64,000 nt of DNA from positions 55,366,001 through 55,430,000 of the forward strand of contig NC_090331.1 in assembly GCF_035084215.1 (NCBI RefSeq). The letters run 5' to 3'. This document shows, piece after piece, positions 40,134 to 51,319 of this stretch; the stretch's first letter is position 1; every line of letters starts with the position of its first letter. The position numbers and the translations under genes are program-made. The notes below the pieces were generated by a model. The model had not been told where the DNA came from. It saw only the letters and a program-made list of their open reading frames with translations, and did no database searches. This DNA comes from Heptranchias perlo. Its lineage: Eukaryota.

Positions 40134-41139
40134 GGCCTCGATTTTAATCTCCCCACTTCCCCCGCCGACGGATGGGAGGGGGTCGGAGAGGTTAATATAT
40201 CAGGATCAGGCAACCCGACCCCAACTCAACCCCATTCCCGACCCTTTAAACTTTAAAGTGGAGGAATCAGGGCATGGATGAGGCTCCCATAAAAGAGAGG
40301 CAGGTGCCTAATTAACATACCAAAGTCGCAGCCTGATGACATCATCGGCACCATGATTTAAATTTAATAGTAAGTGAAGGGTAGGACCGATCTGTGGGAT
40401 TCCAGGCAACTGATCTGAGGTAAATGGCTCTTTTAGCATTCCTTGTGGGCCAGGAGGAGCAGGAGTGCTCCCCCAAGTGTTAATTGTATGATTTATAGCA
40501 ATTAGTGTTAATTGTATTAGGTGGTGGGTATCAATTGGGGACTCTCTTGTATCCTTTTTATAGGAGAGCTTAGCTAGGGTGTGGGATGTGTAAAGGAGAA
40601 TCTCTGTGAATAAAGATTGGAAGCAACTAAATACCAGGCTCTAGTATTCTATCCTTCACCACATGGCTATCCAATTTTATCACCAGGGTCCTCAAGGACG
40701 ACTTTGACCTTCCCCTCCCGCCCCCGAGCCCTTCCGATCGCTGACCTCCCCTTAGTCCTCTCAATTGCCGACCATCCCCAGCCCTCCTGATTGCCAGCCT
40801 CCCCCCAGAACCTCCTGAATGTCAGCATCCACCCCCCCCCCCCCCCGCCCCAACCATTACGCAGAGTTCCCATCCTAGTGCCGGGGACCATCTCCAAGGC
40901 TCCCTGGCTGCAGCCTCGTGCCGCTGGTGTTCCCTCCCGCCCGCAGAGATTCCCCTTTACACACACCCCACATCCTAGCTAAGCTCTCCTTTAAAAAGGA
41001 TACAAGAGAGCCCCCATTTGGCCAGCAACTGAGTGGAAGGCGGCCCTACGATATGTTAATTATGCCCTGCCTTGCCGGGTTCATTGACCGATTTCGACCT
41101 CCCCCGTACCCTCTCCGGCTCCCCCTTAATATCGGAGCC
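40134..41139. mobile_element. Harbinger-type MITE with nested insertions
   Basis: GGCCTCGATTTTAA ... TTAATATCGGAGCC TIRs similar to the GGGCTCGAT ends of the large Harbingers; internal GGAGCAGGAGTGCTCC core. Confidence 0.7.
40478..40682 (+). mobile_element. short solo LTR
   Basis: TGT...TCA ends, flanks CCAAG/CCAGG (5-bp TSD, one mismatch), internal AATAAA. Confidence 0.6.
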
Positions 41140-41499
41140 AAAATATCCAACTGTGGCTCTGCAAAAAGGCCGTAAACATACTGATGTCAAAATGGATTAA
41201 TGCACAGTTTCAGAAAGATGCCTCCAATTGTGGATATGGAGAAAGCAAATTGACCAGAATAAAAATTTGGGAAGTGATTTGGAAAACTGCCCATTTTACA
41301 CCCCGCCTGACTTTACTTTCCAGTTTCCCGCCAGGCAGGTTAGTTTAAAATTACCCCCTTGAACCGGTATAATTACTGGGAATTTCCTTGGAGCTCCTCC
41401 TACTCCACTGCCATAACTTTGCATGTGTAAACAGGACTTCTGCCAAATGTCCGCTGAAGGTACAGTGCCAGAGTGAGAACAGCCCCAAGGAAAATCCCG

Positions 41500-41890
41500 G
41501 CGAGCGAGTTTATCCAATGAATATTTGAGCCACAAAGTCCAGGAAGGTCCCAGGCTCAACTCTGGCCTATGCTGAGTTAGCTAACCTCAGCTGGGCAGCA
41601 ATATGGGCACTGCAATTTCTCTCAGTGACCCAACGTTGAGAAGAGGAAAGTCAGCCAGACTTCCTGCTGAGGACTTTATCCATGGACAGTCTACTGGAAG
41701 CGCATGTGCGGATGTCAGTTGAAGACAGGAACAGGCTTGAGTGTGATGTCCCCACAGTCAAATAACTTGCTGATAGTCATTCTCAAGGCTCACACATGAA
41801 TATTGGGCATTTGAGCAAGGCACTGGGGTAACTGGTGCCCCTGAAACAATATCCCAAAAAAGAACTTAAGATCCTCAGAGGAGCAAGAGA
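41500..41890 (+). mobile_element. AmnSINE2-like SINE
   Basis: GGAAGGTCCCAGGCTCAA..TGCTGAGTTAGCTAACCTCAGC..GACAGGAACAGGCTT..TGTGATGTCCCCACAGTCAAATA..GGCTCACACATGAA, matching the recalled consensus. Confidence 0.65.
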
Positions 41891-42544
41891 GGGTAGAAAT
41901 TTGACACATTTCCTTTAAAATAATTTTTTAAAATTTGGATATGCCAAGGGCAAGTAATACTGTACTTATCCTTACAAGGTCCTACTCCTTAGAATTAATT
42001 CACAGCAGTTGAAGTATTAGGAGTAAAATGACACAGCAAAACAATACTAAAAGGATAATTGGTTTTACCTCTATTGTTAATTATTTTCTATTTTAGAATT
42101 GAGTACACAAGAATAAAAAAATGTATAATTGGTCTTATTTGTGCTTTATTGATTGTAGTTTATTAATGGACTTTTAACCAGTGATACTGCCATGCTCACA
42201 TCAATCAGATGACTTTACATATGTAACATAACAATAATAACAATTACAGCTGCCTTCTTAACATGTCATGCTGTCTGCTGTTTTCTGGCTTACAGTAGTC
42301 CAGTTGTGGTATTAAATCAATGAAAGGCAAAGGTTAAAAGATTTCCTTCCCTTTCCTAAAGTGGATATGTGTGTAAGACAACTGCATGTATTCACTTACA
42401 GCTCTACCGACAGTCTGACAATTGTAGATTGAATCCAGATAAACTCCATTAACAGTAAAATCTCTAGAATTGAGAGTATGTGTTCTATATAGTATAAGAG
42501 GAATAAACATGGACTGGACTATTACAAATTGAGTCAGTGAATTA

Positions 42545-42563
42545 CTAGCGCCACCCAGGGTCC
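42545..42563 (-). promoter_or_regulatory. candidate CTCF site
   Basis: Reverse complement GGACCCTGGGTGGCGCTAG has the GGTGGCGCTA half of the motif. Confidence 0.3.
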
Positions 42564-43260
42564 TGTGTAGTACACACATGCAGATCTATTTGGAAATGAA
42601 GATAAATCACGTCTACTCCAGCATTCTTCATTATAATACAACAGAAAGTGGTACCCACTGCTGACATTATGCAAAGATTTACTATTCTACAAAGCAATAT
42701 GTTGGTATATTTTATATTATCAAGCCTGCAAGAACGATCCAATTAAGAAAAGGGTATGGCTGGCTCATTATGTCTCTACTAAAATTCAGCATTGGTAATC
42801 TATTACAGTCCCTGTTTTCCAACATAGACAAGCAGATAAACAAAAATGCTGCCTAAAAAGTCACCCTTAGATCACACAATGGTGGAATCCTTGGCTCTGC
42901 AATCATTATAAATGACATACAAAAAGAACACACACTCTTCCATTATTCATGTAAAATCATTCCTGCTCACACTGAGCACTTTGTGAATGACACAGTAAAT
43001 CTTCACACCTTATAAAAACGTCTTCCCATTGGTATTGCTTGGAACGAGCTAACAGATATCCAGTATGTTTTCATAATCAAAGCTGAGAAATACACCCTGA
43101 TAAGCTGTGTATTTGTGATGTGATGGCTGCTATAGAAATATTTACATTGACTGTTGCTAATTCAGAAACATTTTTGTCTAAATATCATTATTTAAAGGGA
43201 TCATGTTACAATATTATTAACATTAACAATACTTAGCCCTTTCTATAACTGAATCAGGAT

Positions 43261-43365
43261 TTCATTTTCACATCGTTCACCTGACGAAGGAGGTAGCCTC
43301 CGAAAGCTTGTGAATTTAAAATAAAATTGCTGGACTATAACTTGGTGTTGTAAAATTGTTTACAA
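43261..43365 (+). mobile_element. 105-bp Penelope-terminus-like mini insertion
   Basis: Exact 11-bp TSD TGAATCAGGAT (43250-43260 and 43366-43376); contains a hammerhead core followed by AATAAA. Confidence 0.8.
43275..43315 (+). ncRNA. minimal type I hammerhead ribozyme
   Basis: (G)UUCAC-CUGACGA-A-GGAGG-UAG-CCUCC-GAAA-GC-UU-GUGAA(U): stem I, conserved core, stem II, and palindromic AAGCUU in place of stem III. Confidence 0.8.
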
Positions 43366-43469
43366 TGAATCAGGATCAGTAGCATTCACTTTACTAAGGG
43401 TAGACAAAAACAGTTTTAAAAAAAATACGATTGGTGTCAATATTTCTGCACTATCCTTTTCAAATTGCT

Positions 43470-43640
43470 TATAGAATAATAGAATTTTACAGCAGAGGGA
43501 GGCCATTCGGCCCATTGTGAGTGTGCTGGCTCTTTGTAACCAGCAATTCACATTGTCCTATCTCCCCATTCTTTCCCCATACCCTTTAAAACTTTTATTT
43601 TACAAATATTTATCCACTTCCTTTTTCAAAGCTAGAATGG
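43470..43640 (-). mobile_element. CR1 3' UTR fragment
   Basis: ATAGAATAATAGAA..GGAGGCCATTCGGCCCAT is the reverse-complemented CR1 tail. Confidence 0.7.
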
Positions 43641-43859
43641 GAAGCTAATATCAAATTTATACATCAAAAATTAAGCAGCTGTTTAATTTATATATATTTA
43701 GGAGGATCTTTAGCAGCTCAATCAACAAATAGTTTGTTTATACAAAAATATATTGTTCGTCAAAAAAATAAGAAATAATCACATTAATTTCAACAGATGA
43801 CAGTGTGCTTTTATTTTCGACAGCAATAGGAAGGATGCTGAGGTGGCTATGACAGAAGA

Positions 43860-45748
43860 GCTATAGACAGAGCTAAGCGATTCCACAACCAACGGATCAG
43901 ATCAAAGCTCTGCAGTCCTGCCACATCCAGTCGTGAATGGTGGTGGACAATTAAACAACTAACGGGAGGAGGAGGCTCTACAAACATCCCCATCCTCAAT
44001 GATGACAGAGTCCAGCACATGAGTGCAAAAGACAAGGCTGAAGCGTTTGCAACCATCTTCAGCCAGAAGTGCCGAGTGGATGATCCATCTCGGCCTCCTC
44101 CCGATATCCCGACCATCACAGAAGCCAGTCTTCAGCCAATTCGATTCACTCCACGTGATATCAAGAAACGGCTGAGTGCACTGGATACAGCAAAGGCTAT
44201 GGGCCCCGACAACATCCCAGCTGTAGTGCTGAAGACTTGTGCTCCAGAACTAGCTGCGCCTCTAGCCAAGCTGTTCCAGTACAGCTACAACACTGGCATC
44301 TACCCGACAGTGTGGAAAATTGCCCAGGTATGTCCTGTCCACAAAAAGCAGGACAAATCCAATCCGGTCAATTACCGCCCCATCAGTTTACTCTCAATCA
44401 TCAGCAAAGTGATGGAAGGTGTAGTCGACAGTGCTATCAAGCAGCACTTACTCACCAATAACCTGCTCACCGATGCTCAGTTTGGGTTCCGCCAGGACCA
44501 CTTGGCTCCAGACCTCATTACAGCCTTGGTCCAAACATGGACAAAAGAGCTGAATTCCAGAGGTGAGGTGAGTGTGACTGCCCTTGACATCAAGGCAGCA
44601 TTTGACCGAGTGTGGCACCAAGGAGCCCTAGTAAAATTGAAGTCAATGGGAATCAGGGGGAAAACTCTCCAGTGGCTGGAGTCATACCTAGCGCAAAGGA
44701 AGATGGTAGTGGTTGTTGGAGGCCAATCATCTCAGCCCCAGGACATTGCTGCAGGAGTTCCTCAAGGCAGTGTCCTAGGCCCAACCATCTTCAGCTGCTT
44801 CATCAATGACCTTCCCTCCATCATAAGGTCAGAAATGGGGATGTTCGCTGATGATTGCACAGTGTTCAGTTCCATTTGCAACCCCTCAAATAATGAAGCA
44901 GTCCGATCCCGCATGCAGCAAGACCTGGACAACATCCAGGCTTGGGCTCATAAGTGGCAAGTAACATTCGCACCAGACAAGTGCCAGGCAATGACCATCT
45001 CCAACAAGAGAGAGTCTAACCACCTCCCCTTGACATTCAACGGCATTACCATCACCGAATCCCCCACCATCAACATCCTCGGGGTCACCATTGACCAGAA
45101 ACTTAACTGGACCAGCCATATAAATACTGTGGCTACAAGAGCAGGTCAGAGGCTAGGTATTCTACGGCGAGTAACTCACCTCCTGACTCCCCAAAGCCTT
45201 TCCACCATCTACAAGGCACAAGTCAGGAGTGTGATGGAATACTCTCCACTTGCTTGGATGAGTGCAGCTCCAACAACACTCAAGAAGCTCGACACCATCC
45301 AAGATAAAGCAGCCCGCTTGATTGGCACCCCATCCACCACCCTTAACATTCACTCCCTTCACCACCGGCGCACTGTAGCTGCAGTGTGTACCATCCACAG
45401 GATGCACTGCAGCAACTCGTCAAGGCTTCTTCGACAGCACCTCCCAAACCCGCGACCTCTACCACCTAGAAGGACAAGAGCAGCAGGCACATGGGAACAA
45501 CACCACCTGCACGTTCCCCTCCAAGTCACACACCATCCCGACTTGGAAATATATCGCCGTTCCTTCATCGTCGCTGGGTCAAAATCCTGGAACTCCCTTC
45601 CTAACAGCACTGTGGGAGAACCGTCACCACACGGACTGCAGCGGTTCAAGAAGGCGGCTCACCACCAGCTTCTCAAGGGCAATTAGGGATGGACAATAAA
45701 TGCTGGACTCGCCAGCGACGCCCACATCCCATGAACGAATAAAAAAAA
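43860..45748 (+). mobile_element. young 5'-truncated CR1-superfamily LINE (distinct from canonical vertebrate CR1)
   Basis: Uninterrupted frame 43860-45686, short 3' UTR with AATAAA and A-tail, possible AAGAG TSD, no APE domain. Confidence 0.93.
44019..45686 (+). CDS. non-LTR retrotransposon reverse transcriptase (ORF2 C-terminal part)
   Basis: [66 protein letters not shown]. Confidence 0.93.
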   Translation: MSAKDKAEAFATIFSQKCRVDDPSRPPPDIPTITEASLQPIRFTPRDIKKRLSALDTAKAMGPDNIPAVVLKTCAPELAAPLAKLFQYSYNTGIYPTVWKIAQVCPVHKKQDKSNPVNYRPISLLSIISKVMEGVVDSAIKQHLLTNNLLTDAQFGFRQDHLAPDLITALVQTWTKELNSRGEVSVTALDIKAAFDRVWHQGALVKLKSMGIRGKTLQWLESYLAQRKMVVVVGGQSSQPQDIAAGVPQGSVLGPTIFSCFINDLPSIIRSEMGMFADDCTVFSSICNPSNNEAVRSRMQQDLDNIQAWAHKWQVTFAPDKCQAMTISNKRESNHLPLTFNGITITESPTINILGVTIDQKLNWTSHINTVATRAGQRLGILRRVTHLLTPQSLSTIYKAQVRSVMEYSPLAWMSAAPTTLKKLDTIQDKAARLIGTPSTTLNIHSLHHRRTVAAVCTIHRMHCSNSSRLLRQHLPNPRPLPPRRTRAAGTWEQHHLHVPLQVTHHPDLEIYRRSFIVAGSKSWNSLPNSTVGEPSPHGLQRFKKAAHHQLLKGN

Positions 45749-47121
45749 GAGACCTCATACAATTATTGAGAGAGCAAGGAGCAAGCAGTAACAGATACAA
45801 CTATAAGCAAAGGGTTGTACATGTTACCAAAAATAATACACAAACATTCTTATATATACAGACTTATGGTGAATCTTCAGCACATAAACTTCTTTATATT
45901 GTATGTTTTATAGAGAGAGCTTCTTTGTAATGTTGTTTGTGGGTGCAATGCAAATTGACTGTTATAAAGTGGGGTGTTTTATGGAGAGCACATTTTATTA
46001 CAGAAGAAGCCATAGGCAATGTGCGTTCTTCTGAGGTCAGAGAATGTTATAGTGTGTAATCGCTGCATATGATGAGAGGACATATTCCATGGGCTGATTG
46101 GATATGACAGTTATTGTGTGGATCCTGTTGACAAACACACGAGCAATCACGGTATAGTATAAATACTGTACTGAACTGGGCTCCGGTTTGTTTTCAGTTT
46201 TCACTATGTTTGAGGATTCCTGTCAGCCTGCAGGGTGGCACCATGTGCTGAAGCTAGAAGCTGCCAAACAGGATGCTGGAGGAAGCCACAAGTATGGAAC
46301 ATGCAAAGGAGGAGGATAAGTGACATTGTGCACAAAAGGGAGAGTCTTAAATTTTGAAAGGCTTCTGAGTTTGATGTAGGGAAGGTGACAGGAGAAGGTT
46401 TGTGGTGGCTATACCCTGGACAGAGTGTTGAGTGTTTGTAGCAAAAGTTTTTATCCAAGTTTAAGTTTGTTTACTGTTTTCTTTTCCAACCTTTTGGTGG
46501 CTACTTTTTCCATCATCCCAGGAATGCTGATTCAAAATGTAATACCCGAAAACTGCCCCAATCAAGATCAGCTGAGCAGAGACTATGGGCTCGATTTTCG
46601 GATGTCCGAGCCGGCGGGTTCGTGGAGGGGGGGCTCCGAAAATCGGGGATTCCCGGGGCGGGTCCGGAGCCCGGCTCCAACCCGCCCACTTCCAGGTTCC
46701 CCAGTGATGCGCGCGCAGCCCCCGCATGCGGGATTCCCACCGGCTTTAATTGCCGGCGGGATCCCACTTGAGGCAATTGTTTTGATACTTTAGGTCGTTA
46801 GCAGATGTGATTTGTAGGATATTTTAGGAGGGGTGGGATTTTCAACTAAACTGAGACTGTTTCCCGTACTGGGGGAAACACTTCCAGTTGAAATGGACGT
46901 GTTGCAGTCACCAGCCTGTGGCAGCTGAAAAGGTCCATTTGACAGGTAGAGAGGGGGGGGGAGACCCTCACTCATTGCAGGAGGCCACTCTGTCACTTTG
47001 GACAAAGTTTGGCCTCCACCACCCTCCTCCTAACAATAAAATTCACAAACTTGCAACCTCAACCTCAGTGTGCAGACACATTTAGCTACCTTGCTGACCC
47101 CCTCAAACGTACATCTTCCAG

Positions 47122-47598
47122 ATGGGGGCCGCCATAGCTGCAGTCATGACCTCCTCGGAGGGCGAACACCATCACCAGCCTTGCCGGCCAGGCCGTCCAC
47201 CTCTGACACGTGGAGCTCCACAACACAGTGCTGTGATACATCCACCTTCACAGCAGGAGGAAGGGCAACTGCAGAGAGAGATGCGTCGCAGAAGGCACTA
47301 CCCTCGCCACAGGGTCTACAGACTGAGGCTCAGCTTCCTGGACCTCTCTGAGCAGCAGTGCACACGGAGACTCAGAGTCACTCAATATGTAGTTGTAGAC
47401 ATCTGCAGCCTCCTTCATGCCGAGCTGCTCCCGGCTGGCCCGAGCACCATCTTCTTACCTGTCGCTGTCAAAGTCACCACTGCCCTCAACAACTTCTACT
47501 CCGCATCCTTTCAGTGTGCCACCGGGGATATGGCCGACGTCTCTCAGTCATCTGCACAAAAGAGTCCTGTAAATACACCTACACCCATTCTACAGTGA
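47122..47598 (+). pseudogene. HARBI1-like transposase N-terminal fragment (158-aa ORF, no DDE)
   Basis: ATG directly after a TCTTCCAG acceptor-like site; FLDLSEQQCTRRLRV..LPVAVKVTTALNNFYSASFQCATGDMADVSQSSA. Confidence 0.8.
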
Positions 47599-47792
47599 CA
47601 CAATGGGTGGCATCAGGTGTGGGTCTTCATGGTGATCCTCAGGAAAGGGCATTATTGCGCAAACCAGACAAGATTTTCGAAAGACATGGCAGTAGTGGTG
47701 ATAACAATTTTTTATGATTTTTTTGCAAAACAAAGGAAAATAAATGTAAAACATGACATTTCGTCTTACACCCTTGTGCATCCCCTTTGTGC

Positions 47793-50245
47793 TCACAAAT
47801 CCTTCGCCTTACGTTTGCAAGAACCCCTACGTGGTGCTACCCCTGTGGCTTCAGCAGAGGTAGTGGCAGGTTGCTCTTGTCCATGCCCTAACCGATGAGA
47901 TGCTTTGCGCGGATACCCTCTGGGTTTCGGTGCCCATGAGGGCCCATCCAAAGACTGCTCCACCTGCACCTGTGCAGGGGCAGACTCGGTCACCTGGAGA
48001 GGCGGCAGCATTGCGGGTACTGGTTGAGAGGGGGGCAACGGGTGAGACGTGGGAGCACTTTGAGTGGCGTCCCCACTTCCATGTCCCCTTTCACCATCCC
48101 TCTCTTGGCCCAGGCCCACATCACTCCTTCCACCCAGCTGGACGACAGTTTGGAGAACTTGTGTGAAGCCTTGGAAGGCCAGTTGTAAGGTATCTGTCAG
48201 CCTGTTTAAGGCGGCAGAATGTTGCTCACCCTGAATCCGAACAGTTGTTGTCAGGGCCTGAATGGACTCATTGTTGAGCCGTGCTTGACGATGGAGGCTA
48301 GCCTTTCCTCCATCGCAGACATTCCCGCACCTACCTGCGAAACTATCTCAGAGATGCCTTCACGTCCCTGTGACAGTATTCCACTCGTGCAGGAGTTGGA
48401 CTCCTCCATTCTCTGCGTGATTGTGGAGAGTGTGCGTGGCAACTGTTCCAGTACCTCGGCAATGTGCTGCTGCCCCTCGATGACTCTCCTTTTCACGGCT
48501 GGCCCCCAGGGTTCAGCATCTGGGTCCAGCTGAGCAGAGCCTGGAGAAGAGTGCTCCCACCGACGCGGACTCTCCACAGCTGCCCCTGCCACCAGGGTCT
48601 GCTCGTGCTCACATGTGCGTGGTGACTCACCATGTGCAAGCCCAACTAAGTGTGGAAAACCATAAAGAAATGCCTGACCAAATTAACTTTCTAATACACC
48701 TAAACCATAAAGCTGACCATATTAATTTCCTAATACCCTTAAAACCAAAAAAAAAGAAGCAAAGCATGATGGATAAGTTGACCATGTTAGCTGACCAGCT
48801 GAATATAATAGAAAGCTTATGTTCTAGTTCTCACCAAAGACACACAGAAGAGCTATTGTCTGCTTATGAGATAACTGTCTGACTAACAGAAATGAATGAC
48901 CATATAGCCTTGAGACTAGGTACAGACCCACTGATAAGAAAAACTGTTACTAAGGAAACGTGCTTTCCCAGACTTTGTTTAAAGAATCACGAGGCAGTCA
49001 TGAGGAACCAGAGGGTGGGTTCCCTATTTTGATTGACTAACCACTTGAACTAATAAAGAATGTACATGTACGCCCATATTCTATGATAGACAGACATTAC
49101 TAATTAAACTGTATAAATATGCACTGTCTTCCTATGTACAGTGAAGAGGTTGTTCTAACCATTGTTTTAGACACCCTTCCCTTGAGCTCAAGTTTCTTTT
49201 AATTAAAATTCTTACTTGTCTGAAAATAAGTGTTTGGAGTTAATGCATTGTGTATAATAGGTAATTAAGTTTTCGACATAAGTGAGGACGGGGTCCCACC
49301 GAGGTGTGTATATCTGCGCTGGTGGATGGCTGGCTCAGATGTGATGATGGACCCTCAGAGGCTGGCAGGTCCTCTGAGGAATTGCTCTCCGCAGTCACGG
49401 CGGTTGCAGATGGCCCTGCAAGAGAACAGAAAGCAATATTAAGCATGTGGACAGATATTGAGGTGCTGCAGATGCCAAGTGATGCTAAGATCATTCGCTA
49501 TCATGAGTGCTGAGTGTTAGATTTCTGTCACCAGCCGCTCGTGCACTCCCAGTCTCGGCGTCCGCCACGGACAGGCACTCCAGCGTCCGGCTTATTTCGA
49601 GTGCCTGCTGCTCCGCATCTGTTAAGGCCACCTGGGGTGGTGGGCCCCCTCCGGTCCTTGCCCTCTCCCGAGCATTCTGACATCTCTTCTCCTATCAAGG
49701 CAAAACACAGAGGTGTGATTGAGTGATGGTTGCATGGTGACCCACTGCATGCATTGATGTGGGTGGGGGTGAGCGTGAGGGAGATGCATGGGAGGGTGCG
49801 TGTGAGACATAGCCATGAGATTGTATGAGGATTGGATTGCGTGATAGTGTTCAAATGGGAACTGGGGCGATCAGTAAGTGCAGGCAAGGTGAGGATGATG
49901 GTTGAGTGGATGTGAGGAGTGATGCGAGGGCGTTGTGGTGGCAGTGCAGAAGGAGTTGTGTGGTGGTGGAGGTAATGTGGAAAACGGAGTGTGCGAGAAT
50001 GCGTACCAGGCTGACCTGGTTAGGTCATTAAATCTCTTCCTGCATTGCACCCAGGTTCTGGACACATTGCCGCTGCTGGTGACCTCCTCGGCCACCTCCA
50101 GCCAGGCCTTCCTGGTGGTGGAGGGAGGACACTTCCTCCCATCCGATGGGGAAAAAATTTCCCTCCTACTCCTCACCCCATCGAGCAACACCTGGAGTGA
50201 GGAGTCAGAGAACCTTGGAGCAGCCTTGCCTCTGGCCTGCTCCAT
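47793..50245 (-). pseudogene. three-exon Harbinger Myb/SANT-like gene, disrupted
   Basis: Exon 1 50245 to ~50007 (Myb; donor damaged or out of phase). Exon 2 49691-49532 (EKRCQNARERARTGGG). Exon 3 49415-47793, split by a solo LTR and a frameshift. Confidence 0.75.
48651..49278 (+). mobile_element. solo LTR (Gypsy/ERV type)
   Basis: TGTGGAAAAC ... GTTTTCGACA (9/10 inverted match), exact TAAG 4-bp TSD, TATAAAT at ~49112, ATTAAA at ~49202. Confidence 0.88.
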
Positions 50246-50550
50246 GCTCTTAAATTGGTTGTTTGCTGCAGGAGGAGCATTGGAGGACTGCCCCTTTAAA
50301 TAGGGCTCCTCCTGCTGACAGCCTGTGATGCGGGTGCACAGTGCGCCCGTTGCGCAGGTCTAGAACGGGAAACCCGGAAGCGAAGGTAAGTGCCTTCAAT
50401 TAGGCTGCGATCGGGTGCGGAGAATCCCGCATTCACTGGGCGCGTTACCCATGCGCCCAGTCGACCCCCCGCTGCCAACCCGCCTCCCTCCTATTATCGA
50501 GCCCTATGAATTAAACCTGGGTCCTCCTAGTTTCAGATTTGGCTCATCCA

Positions 50551-50993
50551 TGTCAAGCGTTACCGTACCTTGCTTCCCTCAGCCAACTCCTCCTACTACA
50601 CCAGGAGCATCTTGGCTAAGAGATAAGAGATGGAGCATCATGTCTGAAGGTTTCACACTGAAACTAGTCAAGTGATATATGGCAGAGCTGGACAAATCTG
50701 GTCTGAGTCAGTTTTCAGACAAAGGGATAACACGTGATGCTAGGGTTACATCATATCTTATGGCCAAAAGTAGGTGTGTTAAGTATAAATGGACTGCAGT
50801 GTACCTTTGGGGTGCACTTCTGACCAAGAACTGGCATGGATTAATGTCGCTCTTGATCCCCAATGGATATCCTACTTGTAAATATGATTCATGTATTTTC
50901 TTGCTTGTAATCATGTATATGTTCAATAAACCTTGAAAATTAACTTGTCTTTTGGTATCCTGGTACATGGTATCCTATGCTTCAAACCCAACA
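50551..50993 (+). mobile_element. probable solo LTR
   Basis: TGT...ACA ends, flanks TCCA/TCCT, TATAAAT (~50784) followed by AATAAA (~50925). Confidence 0.5.
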
Positions 50994-51027
50994 TCCTATC
51001 TATCGCCAAGATAATTTATTTATTTCT

Positions 51028-51292
51028 TCAGTGCAGTACTGAAGGAATGCTGCACTCTTAGAGGTGCCATCTTTTGGGTGAAATGTTAAACTGAGACCCT
51101 GTCCGCCTTTTCAGATGTACTTTTTGAAGAAGAGCAGGGATGTCCGGGGAAACATTTATACCTCAACCAACACCACCAAAAATTAGATTATCTGGTCATT
51201 TGTCTCGTTGCTGTTAGTGGGACCTTGCTGTGCGCGAATTGACTGCCACATTTCCCTACATTACAACAATGACTATGCTTCAAAAGTATTTA
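51028..51292 (+). mobile_element. Deu-domain SINE
   Basis: CAGTGCAGTACTGAAGGAATGCTGCAC..GAGGTGCCATCTTT..TTAAACTGAGACCC..GGGACCTTGCTGTGCGCGAATTGACTGCC..TACATTACAACA. Confidence 0.8.
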
Positions 51293-51319
51293 ATTTCTTT
51301 CTCTCTCTCTCTGATGACC

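Larger units (their letters stand above)
46587..50504. mobile_element. non-autonomous PIF/Harbinger DNA transposon, copy 2
   Basis: TIRs GGGCTCGAT...ATCGAGCCC; TAT TSD at 46584-46586 and 50505-50507; homologous to 29715-31762. Confidence 0.92.

Noticed and set aside
39883-40281. 132-aa ORF with hydrophobic N-terminus and an acceptor-like site near 39958
   Set aside because: Non-ATG start, runs through a microsatellite into a MITE, and has no convincing donor.
47122-50245. Domesticated host HARBI1 or NAIF1/MSANTD gene
   Set aside because: Enclosed by TIRs and a TSD, two copies in the window, truncated and disrupted.
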